A stretch of 64,000 nucleotides of DNA, taken from the human T2T-CHM13v2.0 reference genome, Homo sapiens. Made by a program: the position numbers and the translations under genes. The stretch lies in NCBI RefSeq assembly GCF_009914755.1, contig NC_060933.1. One strand, 5' to 3'. The notes under the pieces are model-generated. The model ran no database searches, was not told the DNA's origin, and worked only from the letters and a program-made list of their open reading frames with translations. Below are positions 1 to 14,730 of the stretch, one piece after another. Numbering within the stretch: position 1 is the first letter of the stretch; every line of letters begins with the position of its first letter.

Positions 1-84
1 TCAAAAAAGAAAGAAAATGCTTCACAAAATAGTGCCTTTCACTGGAGAAAGATTAAAACAGCCAAGGTTCATGAGGCACCTAAG

Positions 85-330
85 TGTGGTAGGTAAGTAC
101 TGGCTGACAAGCTCTTCAGATCTCAGCTTAATCTTTACTTTGCCATTCTGTGTGACATTAGTCTACTGATTTAACCTCTGCAAATGTCAGTTACCTCATC
201 AGTAATGTGAACAATTTAATTGCATTTGGTGTTTGAGACTGCAGTGAGGACTAAGTATAAATGTCTTGCTTTACTAGAATGCCTAGCTTATATTATATCA
301 TCAGTAATTAGTAAATATTATTATTATTGA
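85..330 (+). mobile_element. MIR SINE fragment
   Basis: MIR-core-like tgtgtgacatt...ttaacctctg...cagttacctcatcagtaatgtg, and tgagactgcagtgaggactaagta, ending in an ATT-rich tail. Boundaries approximate. Confidence 0.6.
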
Positions 331-699
331 GGAGTAATTTGACTCTCCTCCTTCCCATTTTAGTTCATTTACCAAATGTCATTGAGCACCTACTGTATGG
401 CAGGCATTATTTTTGCATTTCATAAATTCTAGAAAAAACTATAAATGTAATCTAAATATTTACTTATTTATTCTTTAATTCATTAATTCGATAATTTAGT
501 GAATGCCAGTGGAACATATTTTTGTAATATCCCTCTTTTCTGTTGCTAGGATACGCTGCTCAGCAACCTCCCACTGTTTTTGAGACTTACATATGTTCTA
601 GAAAACTATACGTTCTTCATTCCCAGAGATAGGCTTTGTCTTGAAAGTCTGCTACTTTGGCCATTTGATGCTGAATTTTTAACATTCGTATACCCCATT

Positions 700-1070
700 T
701 CTGACTCAATATTGCACCTGGAAGGCTCTTAGTACTCTCTCAGCATATGTACAGTGAATTCTTGGTATTCAGTCTCAGCCTACTTATTCTTCAGGAAGAC
801 TTTCAGCAACTTGATTTTTCCAGTTAGTCAAACAAAAACTTCTGAGTCATTCTTGACTCCTCTCTTCTCTCACACTTCTTATCCTTGCACTCTTGCCTGC
901 AGAATCTACTTAGAATCCAACTGCTTCTTATCATTTTGACCACTTCCATTCTCATTCAACCTACCCACATCTTCCATGTGGATTATTGCTAAACATCCTT
1001 CTTTCAGTTTTTGTTGTTTCCATCCTTGCTTCCCTATAGTGTGCTCACTATACCAGAAAAAATATCTTAA
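700..1070 (+). mobile_element. L2 LINE fragment
   Basis: L2-like motifs gagtcattcttgactcctctcttctctcac and ttccatgtggattattgc. Boundaries approximate. Confidence 0.55.
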
Positions 1071-1246
1071 ATGCGTGTATTAATGCAAATGGATGAATTT
1101 ATCCTGGCTTTTTCTATTAGCACACTTGCATATGGTCTAATACATTGAATAATCAAATTAAAACCCATTTGTGGCTCTTTCCAAGAAAAGCCTTATTGGA
1201 TAATTTAGAAATATCTATATTCTGAAATTAAAGTGGTTAAAAAAAG

Positions 1247-1422
1247 GTATATGTATATATATTATGTGTATATGTATATATACACACATAAATGATGCAT
1301 ACACAAACACATAGATGATACAGGTAGGAGGAAAGAAAAAAGAAAGGAAGGAGGGAAGGAAGGAAGAAAGGAAGGGGGGAAGGAAGGAAGGAAGGAAGGA
1401 AGGAAGGAAGGAAGGGAGAGAG
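1247..1422. repeat. (TA/CA) low-complexity tract followed by (GGAA)n purine microsatellite
   Basis: Seen directly; GGAA array from ~1345 to 1415. Confidence 0.9.
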
Positions 1423-3019
1423 ACTATTAAATGCCAAACAAGTTCCTAGAGATCTTGGTGAAGTAAGAAGATAAATTTGGGTGGGTCATGGAAAATATTT
1501 ATTTACTAAAAGACTAGAAGTCAAGTTTGTATATTCAATTCCACACTGCTGTTGTGAAAGTCATGTGCAAAGGGTCTTCAGACTCCTGTTGGGGTCAGAG
1601 GTTTAGGTATGATATTCTGAGGGAGGAGAGAGAAACTGCATTATCTGAACTGAGGCTGAGAGTTCAGCTGAACACACAGAACTTCCATTACAGATCCCGG
1701 ACCAGCAGGGACAGAGCAGTCAGATTCCTAAAGCCAGTTCCCGATTGATGAGCAGGTGATGCTCTAGTAGTTCATTTAAACATTGATTGCGTGGAATTCA
1801 CAACATTTTCTCCCATAAAAAGTGTTATAAATGGCAGTGGTAGGAGGGGAGGGGAGTGTCCCATGGCCAACACATAAAAGCTTATTGAGCCCATAATGGA
1901 GCTGAAACTCAGCACATGTGCTGAAGAAAAATAATTCTCTTGCAACTAGTAATGAAACAAAACAGAAGAACATATAAACTTGAATTAGAAAAATAGTAGC
2001 TGATTTCTCTTGAGTGCTACTGCTTATAAAGGCACGGTTTTAATTAAAAGAGGATGAGGAAGTAGAGTGGACTAGTAAGGGACTGCTAAGAAATGGCAAG
2101 GGTTTTAGATATTAGTAGCTTTGGTTATTGTCTTATTTCGTTTTGAAACACAGGGCATTGCTTTTCCTTGGTATAGCTGTAACCATTTGTAGCATTATTT
2201 TTGTGTTTGTATGCCATGATGTGCATCAACTTTTTAATTCTCACAACAAAGAATGGAAGACAAAGAAAGCAGGAAGTGATAATTTGTTCATAAGGTAACC
2301 TCAAGAAAGTTAAGAAAATAAGAAAGACGAGTGAAAGACTGGATGTGTGTATGTGTGAAAAACTAGTTGTCTTATGTCAAATTAACTGAGAGGAGAAGGT
2401 TATATTGTGTTTGCCTTCTGTACTTGGAAGGCTATAAAAGAAGACAGTGGATAAGTAACCTTGGATTTCATAATTCTAGAAAGAGATAACTCTGGATAGT
2501 CTTGTGGCTTTCTGGAACAAGACAAGGAAGAAAAAATGTGCTCGATCTAACACTATATATGTAGGGATGTGTTTGTTGCAGTTAGGGTGTTTATCATCCA
2601 GGAAGTCTCTTTCTTTTTTATCTTCATGATTGCACACTAAAATAATCTGATTTGCTGATAAAACCTTTGAACTGAGAAGAAAAATAAGTATTGGGTTTTA
2701 ATTTTCTTTACATTTGCTTTAGCTTTCCTGGTATATGTTATCCTAGCTATGATCAAAGATGCCAAAAGCTCAGCTTTCAGACTCTAACACAACAGAACAC
2801 AAAATCCTTAGAATTGTGCAGTTATTTTAGAAGTGCTGAATGAAGATTGAAAAATATCCCAATTTTTTGGTTGAATAATCTCACATTTAAAAATTAATAC
2901 CTTCACATTTTACTATTAATATAATTTTATCAGTGCACAATGTAGCTAAGGGTGCTATCGCTTTCCATTTGGAAAGACAGGACAAGGACATGCCACAGGA
3001 TCCTCAATAGCAGTGCAGG

Positions 3020-3205
3020 TCCTATAGCCAACCTGCCATGGTTCTGTTGAGATATCTTGCGCTTCACCCTTAATCTTTACGTGCCTCATCTTTCTCATTC
3101 ATTAAAGAAGATTATTATAAGTATTACATGAGTTAATGCATGTACAGAACTTATGTAACTAGTTGGCACATAGTGAGTGCTCAATAAACATTAGCTATCA
3201 TAATT
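3020..3205 (+). mobile_element. MIR SINE fragment
   Basis: gtgcctcatctttctcatt and tggcacatagtgagtgctcaataaacattagctat (MIR 3' end). Confidence 0.7.
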
Positions 3206-3689
3206 CCTATTACACATTTTGATGAACAGTTCTAATATTTGCCAGAAATTAGATTTCAGTCTCTATAATATTGAAATACATTTAATTATGTTAAACTATG
3301 CTAAACATGTATTGATTTTTTTGTATATTTTAGAAGGCATCAAGGTTACTGTAAAATTTCAAGGTCATTTTCACTGACCAACAGATGTCAATATTTACTA
3401 CATTCTTGAAGAATGCCTATTGTGGTATCATAAAACTTGTGAGAAGGTTAAAGTTTAAGTGCTTCATTTTGATTTGCAAAATTACTGCTAAGAGATGTTC
3501 TGTAAATCACTCATGACCATGCTCTCTGGAAAGCCTTCCACGACCACCAACCATCAGAGATTCTATAAGCTGCCATAGTACTCCTTCCCCGGTATTCACA
3601 ATACTGTCTCTCTTCACCTGTATTTCTAGGCCTATGAAAAGAAATACAAATTGGATTTGTGTAATTCCCACTTATTATGCACTGATTTG

Positions 3690-4310
3690 TATAACTGCGC
3701 TTGTTATGCGCTGATACCTCAATTTCAACATGTCTAAAACCTATGCATCCCCCACTCAAACCTTCTCATCATCCATATTTCCTATTGAAAGTACTCCCTA
3801 GTGAATAAGGGCATTTGTCTCCTGAAGTTATCCCATTAGTTGTTATGCTGCCTTTAATTTTTCCAACCAGATATCCAGTGAGTCATCTAACCTGACATTT
3901 CTCCCATATTGTCTCTTTGATTTTTTACTACTCTCATACCAGTACTCTGTACTTTATTAAAAATGACTACTACAAAATTTGACATCATCTCCCCTAGATT
4001 ACTAAGGCCTTGCCCTCTCCTGCCTAATGCATTTTCCTCATGGCAGTTACCAATCTTTCTAAAACACAAATCTGATAATGCTTAAAAGTTCGACAATGAT
4101 TTCCCACTATCAAAGATAAAATTCAAGCTCATAACTTAGGTTACAAGGTTATGCATGACCTGTTACCTCCTTTTACCTGCAGCCTCATCTTACATCTATG
4201 TTCTCATCTGTGCAATGGGATAGTTGTGACCATTATATGAGTTAACTTGCAAGTACTTAAATCACTGCCTAGCACATAGCACACATTAAGTTCTAGCTAT
4301 TATAACTTAC
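3690..4310 (+). mobile_element. L2 fragment followed by MIR fragment (~4200-4310)
   Basis: ctcaatttcaacatgtctaaaacc and atctttctaaaacacaaatctgat (L2); ttctcatctgtgcaatgggata...gcctagcacatag (MIR). Confidence 0.6.
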
Positions 4311-4484
4311 CTCCTAGAAGATCTACATTCCTGCCAGACTGTGTCACAGTCAGGCCATAGTTTCTCCCACTTTGGGACTCTAACACATGTTAATGTGCAA
4401 CATTCTTCCACCTTCAGTTCAGTGCTCACCACAATTATATTTATATCCTAATAAAATATCCTTGTTTTCTTAGCATTCTTTATT

Positions 4485-6269
<1,785 letters not shown>

Positions 6270-6542
6270 AGAATTCTTTATTGCTAATACATAAGCTTCT
6301 ATGGGTAGGGACCGTGCTTGCCTCCTTAACTACTCTTTACCCAACTTCAGGCACAATGCACACAAAATAGGCATCCAATGACTATGTGTTAATCAGATTA
6401 AATAAATTACTTTATCTAAGGCATGGAATTTGAAGTTATAGAATGGTTTTGTTATTCATCATTCATTAAATGAAATAATGGATATAACAAAGTTAGTGAC
6501 AAAACTAGTATCAGAACTCCTGTCTTTTGGTTTCCAACTCTG

Positions 6543-6580
6543 CATTCATTCATTCATTCATTCATTCATTCATTCACTCA
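6543..6580. repeat. (CATT)n microsatellite, probably the tail of an L2 running on the minus strand to ~6850
   Basis: cattcattcatt array seen directly, followed by L2-like sequence. Confidence 0.75.
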
Positions 6581-8689
6581 CAAACACATTATATGCCAGA
6601 TATTTCCTATGTTTTTACACCCTGGTAAGGAGACAGACACATTAAAAAAAATAATTTCAGCACAGTTTAGTGAGTCTAGTGAGGTAATCTGATGGAGTCA
6701 AAAAACTCTTATTGATGGAACTGATGCTTGAAGTGGCTCCTAAGAGATAAGTAATAAATAGCTTAGCAGGCAAAGAAAGAAGACACATTCTAGGCATAGG
6801 AAAATGCATGTACCCTAGAGATATTTCATAACATAAGTTAGTATAAGGTGTTGTAGGAGGAGAAGCAATACAATATTAGAAAGAGAAGCAACCAAAACAA
6901 GTTTATTGGTGGCCTCTCTTTAAGGGTCACCATCATTTCCCTCTTCCTGAATTATAGTAGGCACATAAAATAGCAAGTGCTACCTTCTAGGAGGTATTGG
7001 GGAATACCATTTTTAGCTAACCCTCCTTATAACTAATTCTCATCTAATCCTTTATCTGATTGGTGAGCAGGAGCAAGTTTGGCATCCCCTGTCCTGTATT
7101 TCTCTTCGGGTCAGAATTAATGCTTCGAGTATTCCGAAGGGGCTGTTCTTTTCTTATTCTCAACCTATCTAGGGTGCTCAATACCTATGTTCTGCTTTCT
7201 GACCGTGAAGAAGAAATAGGTGGACTTCAGAGATTGGGAACAGGCTTTCTCTGCTCAGCAATCGGATGACTGAGAGATGGAAAAAAATAGAAAGACAAGT
7301 CTTATCAGAAATTGAAGCCATTTTCTCTAATACAAATTTTCAAGCACTTCCCTCTCCTCTAACCAAAAAGGCCGATATTTACTACTCAGGTCAGAACCCA
7401 TAGGGAAAAGTGCGACTAGTTCTGAAAAAGTCTTCAACAGCTTTATTAGTCATACCAAGCAGGTTTGGATAGGTGGGCAGCAATAGTAGGGAATTCTAGA
7501 GAAGACATTGTCTTACAATTTACAGTAAAAAAAAATTCAACAGTCAACGGTTATAGTCACATCTAACTCTTTCCTGGGAAAACCCCATAAACTTTAAAAG
7601 AACTATGTAGAATTGCCTGACTTCATATGGATCACCAGAGGGCAAATGGAGCTATAAAGAAAGGTAAAATTATACTTTGAATTTACCTAGAGTAAAAATG
7701 TTTCAAAGTACACTTGGGAAATTGGGTATACTGCATTACGAGTACAATTTTGCCAGAAGAAACAGGAATGGACCAGTTAATTTCTCTGATGGGACCCTGA
7801 AATCCTTTTACAATAGTCTATACAAGCATTCATTGTAAAGGGACTTGAAAGATATACAGATAACCTGGTTATGATTTTCTCACACTGAAAGACAGAAAAT
7901 GAGAATCTAAACACAAGGCATCTTGGTTTCCGGTGAAAGGCGTTACATGGTCTATTAGTAGTATTAATATTATTAATGGGATATACATTTGAAAGGACAT
8001 TTTTCCTGTGAAAGAAACTTACAAATTTTATAGTCAGCTAGAGAAAGGATGCAAGTGTGCCATTTAAAGATCATAACTGAAAAAGAAAATATGCTATTCT
8101 CCTTTAGAGAAGTAAAAGGATTACACTATTTAATCTTCTATGAGTTCAATATATGTAGTTCAATCCGGAGGGACTCCTGTGGGGATTTAATTAACGATAT
8201 TTTGTGGCTCCAATTAGAATGAGATTCTTAACCGTTCTAATGCGCTGACCTACCTTTGCAGGGAAGAAAAATTATACCACCGGCATACCAAGTAATTAAA
8301 TTTACATTAATGCTACCAAGAAATGTGAGCAACTTTTTCTTATTGAGAAATACTCCAAAAGGTCAGTAGGTCTGACAAACTTTCCATCCTTAAACATAGT
8401 AAACAATTTCTTGACATGACAAACAAATCTAGAATGTCTTGTTCTAGTAATAGTAACATTCAAATATTGCCCTCGGGGTGTGAGTCATTACTGTGCTACA
8501 ATTCAGGCAGGAATTAGGTGTTTATCATAAACTCCAATAAAGAAGTTCCAGTTCTAGTCCCCACTTAACTCGGGCCTGATGGAAAGCTCCAAGAATGGCT
8601 AAGAAGTTCTGCTGATCAAAATGATGAACTACTCTTCAGTTGGTACAAATTACCTAATGTGCATACGGTCTAGGTTTAGAAGAGAGTGT

Positions 8690-8978
8690 TTTACTAAGTG
8701 AAATAAGCCAGATACAAAAGAACAAATATTATATGGCTCTACTCATGAAGTACTCAAAATTGGAAGTACAACGGTGGATATCAGGGCTGGCAGGAGGGAA
8801 GAATGGGGAGTCATTTAATGGACACAGTTTCTATTTAGGGTGATATAAAAGTCTAGATATGGATAGTGGTAATGGTTGAAGAACAATGTGAATATACTTA
8901 ATGCCACTGAACTGTATACTTAAAAATGGTTAAAATGGTAAATTTTGTATTATGTATATTTTACCAAATTTAAAGAAA
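8690..8978 (+). mobile_element. Old L1 3' end (L1MB/L1MC type)
   Basis: ctaagtgaaataagccag...aatgtgaatatacttaatgccactgaactgtatacttaaaaatggttaaaatggtaaatttt. Confidence 0.85.
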
Positions 8979-9164
8979 AGGTTACCAACTCTCTAATTTG
9001 GAAGGTGAGATACTATCTCAAGCCATCTAAAGATCACTTTACAAAAGGCCTTACCGACACACTAAATCACCCAAGTCAGAAAACAGCAGATTCAACAGAG
9101 TCTGTCTTATTTAAACCCCACTCTAAACTTATTTTCACATTTGCTTCTCAGTTTTTTCTAAATT

Positions 9165-9290
9165 TTCATTTTATTTCCTTGAAAACAATTTATCGAGTGC
9201 CTATTATGTGCTGGACATTGCTGTAGCTTCTGTATGCAGTAGTGAACCAAAGAGTTTAAAAAATTACTTTTCTTATTAGTACGTATTCAA
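9165..9290 (-). mobile_element. L2 3' end fragment
   Basis: atttatcgagtgcctattatgtgctggacattg...agtgaac. Confidence 0.6.
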
Positions 9291-10587
9291 ATACCCTCAG
9301 CATTAATGTTATAAGACAAAGCCTCAGTCAAGCAACAATGGAGCTGGCAAGGTACATGCTACTAAGTAAACTGTTTTTATAGAAACTTTTTTGAATTTAC
9401 TGAAGTGACCAAAATTCTTGGCACTAAGCAGTCTATTTCTCAATAATGCTATTAGGATTAGTTGATAATTGTCAAATATTTTTAGAACAGGTGCCTTTTT
9501 TTAACCATGAGATACAAATTATGATAACCAATTATGTAATTATAGTTGTTTCTTTCTACAATTATTATTGTAATTATATAACAATTGTTCTATAACAGTT
9601 CTATAACTTAATTAAGGTTTATTATTATTCTGGAAAGTCTAAAATAATTACCATATCAAACATAAATCTCATCAAATCCAAATGGTTGGCATTGGCCATA
9701 AAATGGTAAAGCTATGTAAATCTATGAAAATTAAAACTGATTTGTCTTTCTTTACTATGCGAATTTCAGAAAGAGGTATATCAAAATGACTAAACAAGAA
9801 AATATTCAATAATGTAGAAAATAATCTATGTGGGTATGCCCTGGGAATGTGGCATTTGCATTCTTCAAATGTCCCAGAACAATGTATGCTGTCAGAATTT
9901 TGTCAGAGACTACAGAGTGCTAGTTTGGAAAACCTTTTTCATTCCTCTAAGATGGAGGTAAAGACATTATTTATTGCTTCTTCTAAAAGAAGACCGTGGG
10001 TAAATTTTATGTTTTTAAAAGACAAAAGAATGGAATACAGAGCATTAAAAAGTGACTTTTTAAAAAGTTAGAGTGGGATAGTATGTGATTTGAGAATGAA
10101 CAGCTGGTTTCTAGATTTTACTAAGTACAGAACAAGAAAGAAATATTCTTTAAGAAGTGAAATTCAAAATTGATATTAAATAGATTATCAAATATATTAA
10201 ATATATATTAGTATTAAATAGGATATTGATATTATATAGAAACTCTTGAGAGACATCATATGGGGAAAACCCATGAAGGCTAAAATATCTTTTCCTGTAG
10301 CTTCTCTCCAATACCTACATTTCATGGTCTTCAGGATATTTTGCAGAGCTGTGCCAGGATAAATTGGGATTTATGGTTAACCCTCTAAAGCAGGCCCAGT
10401 TGTGAATCAATGTACCTTTGTGATTAGTTGACTATTTTCCCTATAATCTCTACCTCCTTCCCATAGATGAGTTGACTTACTTTTTAAGTTTTTGATATTT
10501 TCATATATGTATATGAAGAAAATAAACTTGCACTCTTCTTTTCCTCTATCAATATTTCATCCTCCACCCCTGCCTACTCAGGTTAAG

Positions 10588-11190
10588 TATAAAAGGCCAA
10601 GGGAAAAGTTTCCTTTCACCATAAACTATTGCTCAAAATTAACTAGTAAAAGATTGATGGGAGAAAAGTCATACAAGCTTATTAACGTACACAGGGGAGA
10701 ATCAGAGAGAGACACCTGACCATGAAATAGGATACAAATGGTTTTATACCCTCCGTCTTGAGGGAAAGGGACATGAAGAAGTATGGATGATTTGGTGGCG
10801 GGCAGGGAGGGGGTTGTAAATGATTTTTAGAAGAATTCAGTGAGCTTGAGAAACATACAATTGTCCAGGACAAAGTCTGTTGGGCCGGCAGAGCAGATAA
10901 TGGTTTGTGAAAAAAGTCTCTCCACTATGTTAACAGACCCGTCTTTCCTCCTGCAATATGACTTCAGATGATGAAAACTCAGAGAAAGGACCAGAGGTAA
11001 TTTTTCTTTTCTTTGGCAAATCCAGACTTCAGGCATATAAGGGAACTTAAGAGAACAACATCTTGTGCTTTGGGAGGGACAGAGGATTGGGAAACAGGAG
11101 GTGGGGAGTAAGGTCAAAGAGACCTGAGGCTTCTTCAGTTCAGCACATCGAAGTGCTGTATTTTAGGGTATTGGTTTCTGAGCCAAAGCA
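10588..11190 (-). mobile_element. ERV1 solo LTR, MER34/MER39 family
   Basis: Reverse complement starts tgctttggctcagaaaccaataccctaaaatacagcacttcgatgtgctgaactgaagaagcctc. Perfect 4-bp TSD TAAG at 10584-10587 and 11191-11194; 4 bp is typical of ERV1. Confidence 0.8.
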
Positions 11191-12719
11191 TAAGCAACAG
11201 TCTACTATACCTGTTTTTTTCCTATTGTTCTTTATACTTATATAATCCTACAAAGATATATGTATAAATAAGCATCATTTTATTGTATCTTTTATCATGA
11301 TTTTTAAAAGTTGGACTAGTATGTCTTCTTCTTAATGTGTAACACATTCCATGAAACTCATGTGGATTAAAATATCAATGTATCATCCAAGGTACTTCAC
11401 ATTTTCCAAAGAAGCAACTGCACTATAAAAAAGCTGCAGAGCAATATATAGTATATTAATAATATTCTTTTTAAATTAATTTACCTGTAAGATACCCTGA
11501 GAGAATTAAGGGTATCATCACTTTATAGAAGTGAATGATGAAGAAGATAAGTTATGAAGTTGCTTCCCTGTGTATTAAACACTAAAAATGGTATTCAAGA
11601 CCCCTAAGATAGCTCATTTTATGGATGTGCAACACTTCACTTGTTAAGAGGGGTGGGGATGTATTGAACAATAATAAAAATTTTTTCAGTACAAGTCCTC
11701 CAAACAGCTTGATTAGTTTTCCTTCTTTGATAATAATTATTATTATTCTGACTTAATTGTTGTGTTTCTCCCTTCTAAACATTCTAACTGTCCTTGACAC
11801 AGGTCTGGGGTAGAGTATAAAGGGAGTGTTGCAAATTCACATCTTAAACCAAATCAAAGACACAATTTGGATGACAAGATGTTTTATATTGCACCTCATT
11901 TCAATTTGGGTTATTCCATTAATGTGTCAGTATACTACAAAATGCAAATGAGCCTGAATATCTGCTATAATATTAAAATAAAGTTGCAGGCTCAAATCCA
12001 GTTTCAAGCATTAATCCTTAATACTATACTGGTTTTTCAGAAAAAAATATATTTTTTGTCTACAAATCTGAGATCAAAACGGAATGAATAAATAGCTCCC
12101 TTATAAGTAAGCAATAATCTACCTTAGCCTGTATTTCCATGTTTTTACTGGCCTTACACGTAGACAATTTCTATTATCACCAGTTCATTTAAAAGAGGTC
12201 ACAGCATTTTGGCATGTGAAAGACTAGAATCAGTGTATTGCCCTAGAGGCAATAACATGTATGAATCAGAGTCAAAGTCACATGCTTCTGTTCTTGCTGG
12301 ATTGTGATATTACATAGTAAAACATGAGGTGGTACTTCTGTTGTGTGTAGCTCTTTGTTTGTTACATTCTTGGTGTTATATTTTATTTGAGTATATTATC
12401 TGAACAATAAGTTCATTGTCTTAAATCTTCTATGATTAATTAACTTTCAATAGTGAAATTGCTCCTTTAGGCTAACTCTGTGTGGACAGCTAATTGTAAA
12501 TGCTTCCAATAACTTTCACAATGGCTTTATTGATGCCTTGATTGCACAATTATTTGCTTACATAGACTTAACCTATTCACACTATCTGGACAGCTTATCT
12601 GGAAGAGTCTAACATTTTTTGTGTAAAGATGTTATGATAAAAATCTTAAAGCAAAACTCAGCAAATTGAGTTCTGCATTTTGCTTGGCAGTTCCTCAGAG
12701 TTTCTATAGATTAATCATC

Positions 12720-12860
12720 CAAGAAGAAATTCCAAAATAGAGATTCATGAGCCCCACATAAATCAACTAAGTGAGACTCTCTGGAGTACAGTCTAAAAAT
12801 TTGTGTTTAAAAATAACCTGGCCAGGAGACTGTGATGTATAGCTGGGTTTGGGGAGAACA
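12720..12860. mobile_element. MER5-like hAT-Charlie MITE fragment
   Basis: agattcatgagccccac...actaagtgagactctctgg...tgtgtttaaaaataacc...gggtttggggagaac. Confidence 0.5.
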
Positions 12861-13699
12861 AGACAAGCCCTTAATACTTACTATCATAAATGTATTCCAT
12901 AAATGTGTAAATAAAACAAATTTGGAAATCAAAATATACTATTCAGCAAAATATGCTAAAGATATCTACTGCATTAAAATCTATTTTCAAAGCACAATTT
13001 TTCATACTTGTTTTGTTTTCCTACAAATACAGAGTGAATTCACTTTCAAATTTTCAGCTCTTCACTTCATTTTGCTGCCCAAGGCTTATAGTAAAATCCA
13101 TGTTCTGGTTCTAGTGCGGTATGCTCCATGGAGCTGGGAGTGTTTCCACACAATAAAAGGAAATGGAAGAAGCTGGAAGAAAAGTAATAAAGGTGAAAAA
13201 TCTTTAGAATAATTGAGTAAATGCACATTGCTAAATATTTTTTTCCTGATTTTCTCATTCAAATTTCAGAAAGGTGTATAGGATACATCACTCTCAATTG
13301 TTGTAGGAAAGACAAAGCTCCTTATAGATAGAGCTCCAAACTTTCTGAGGTAGGAAGTACATAGAGGGAGTTTACTTCAATTGTTATAGAATTCACTGGG
13401 CTCATGACCATGGAATGGTCCTGATACCAGACTCTGCACTTTGTGCACAACATACTGACTCGTTCAGCAGAAATCCTAGAAGCAGCTTATATGGGAACAG
13501 GGGGAAATTGTCATTAGATTCTAAATAAGACCTAAAGCCGCTATGCAAAATATATAGCACTTTCTCAATTACTGAAATCAAGTGGCTTAGGTTACTATTT
13601 CTTACATATAAACAACCTCCTAACACTGCTTTTTGTATCCTTTTTCCTTTCCAGGTTGCTATTAATATTCATTTTAACAAATTTTTTTATTTAAATACC

Positions 13700-14730
13700 A
13701 ATAGCTAGACAGCTGTAAAAGAAAACCGGGAAGAAACTTGACTTAAAAAAATGCAAAAGGAAATAAGTTGATTAAAAAAATACAAAACACTTCTAAAAAG
13801 TAAAAGACATAATTAAACTACACAGTGAAATAAATTATATCAATCTATACAATACATATGAAAGGACTGACTTTTTCTATAAAACAGACCATCTAGTGAA
13901 CAGGTGAGTTAAAATATAAGCCCCAGCCATACCTTGTTAACAAATACACATGTAACAGAAATGTGAAATAGAAAGGTTGAAAGTAGGGAGACAGGCAAAT
14001 GAAATTTCTTTTAAAAAGCGGGGGGTGGAGGAAGAGAAAAAAATCAGGATTACAATGTTCTCATCAAAAATGGTAGAATTTTTGTTAAAATACTAAGTAA
14101 AATATAAAGGGAGTATAAAAAATCAGATAAAGTACAAGTGACGAGGAAGATATGCCAAGTTATAAACCCATATACAACAACCAATATCTAAATACAAAAA
14201 TAAAAACTAATAGATTTACAAAGACAATTTGGTGAAAACTTAAATCATAGTACAATTTTTAAAATATGTATTTCTAATAATTGGACAAATTAGTAGAAAA
14301 AATAAGGGACAAAGGAAATTCATAATACAGTCAGTACATTTGGTATCATAGACATATAGAAATACCTTTAAATTCCTTGGATAGAGACTATGGATTTTTC
14401 CTATATTTATGAAGTGCTTACAAAAAATAATCACATATCTGGTCGCAAAAAACCTTCATACATTTTAATAGTTGAGATTTTATAGGCTATGTTCTCTGAT
14501 CTTAATTCCATTGAAAAGTAATTTAAAATAATTAATGATCAAATTTAGGTGAATATTTAAAAATTATGATATAGATCTCAGATACATCTTAATAAAAGAA
14601 AAATTTTCAGTAAAATTAGTATTTAGAAATTAAGGAAGCTGAGAATACCTATCACAAATCTAAGGGGTCAAAGTGAAAGCACTGATAAGAAGAAAACGTG
14701 AAGTCTTAAATACCCTACCCATTAAAGAAG
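13700..14730 (+). mobile_element. Very old L1 (L1ME-like) ORF2 endonuclease-region fragment
   Basis: A-rich degraded L1 ORF2 sequence, e.g. aggttgaaagtagggagacagg and gctatgttctctgatc. Confidence 0.6.

Noticed and set aside
7687-7797. Open minus-strand frame ending at AG|gtaaat
   Set aside because: The acceptor lacks a pyrimidine tract, its start phase does not fit the upstream candidate exon, and the peptide is unrecognised.
12832-13212. 126-aa ORF in mostly unique DNA
   Set aside because: Non-ATG start inside a MITE remnant, AT-rich composition, no recognisable domain or splice context.
13655-13903. Plus-strand exon-like interval (tttcctttccag ... CAG|gtgagt)
   Set aside because: Mostly decayed A-rich L1 with no credible ORF; such pseudo-exons are frequent and nothing else supports it.
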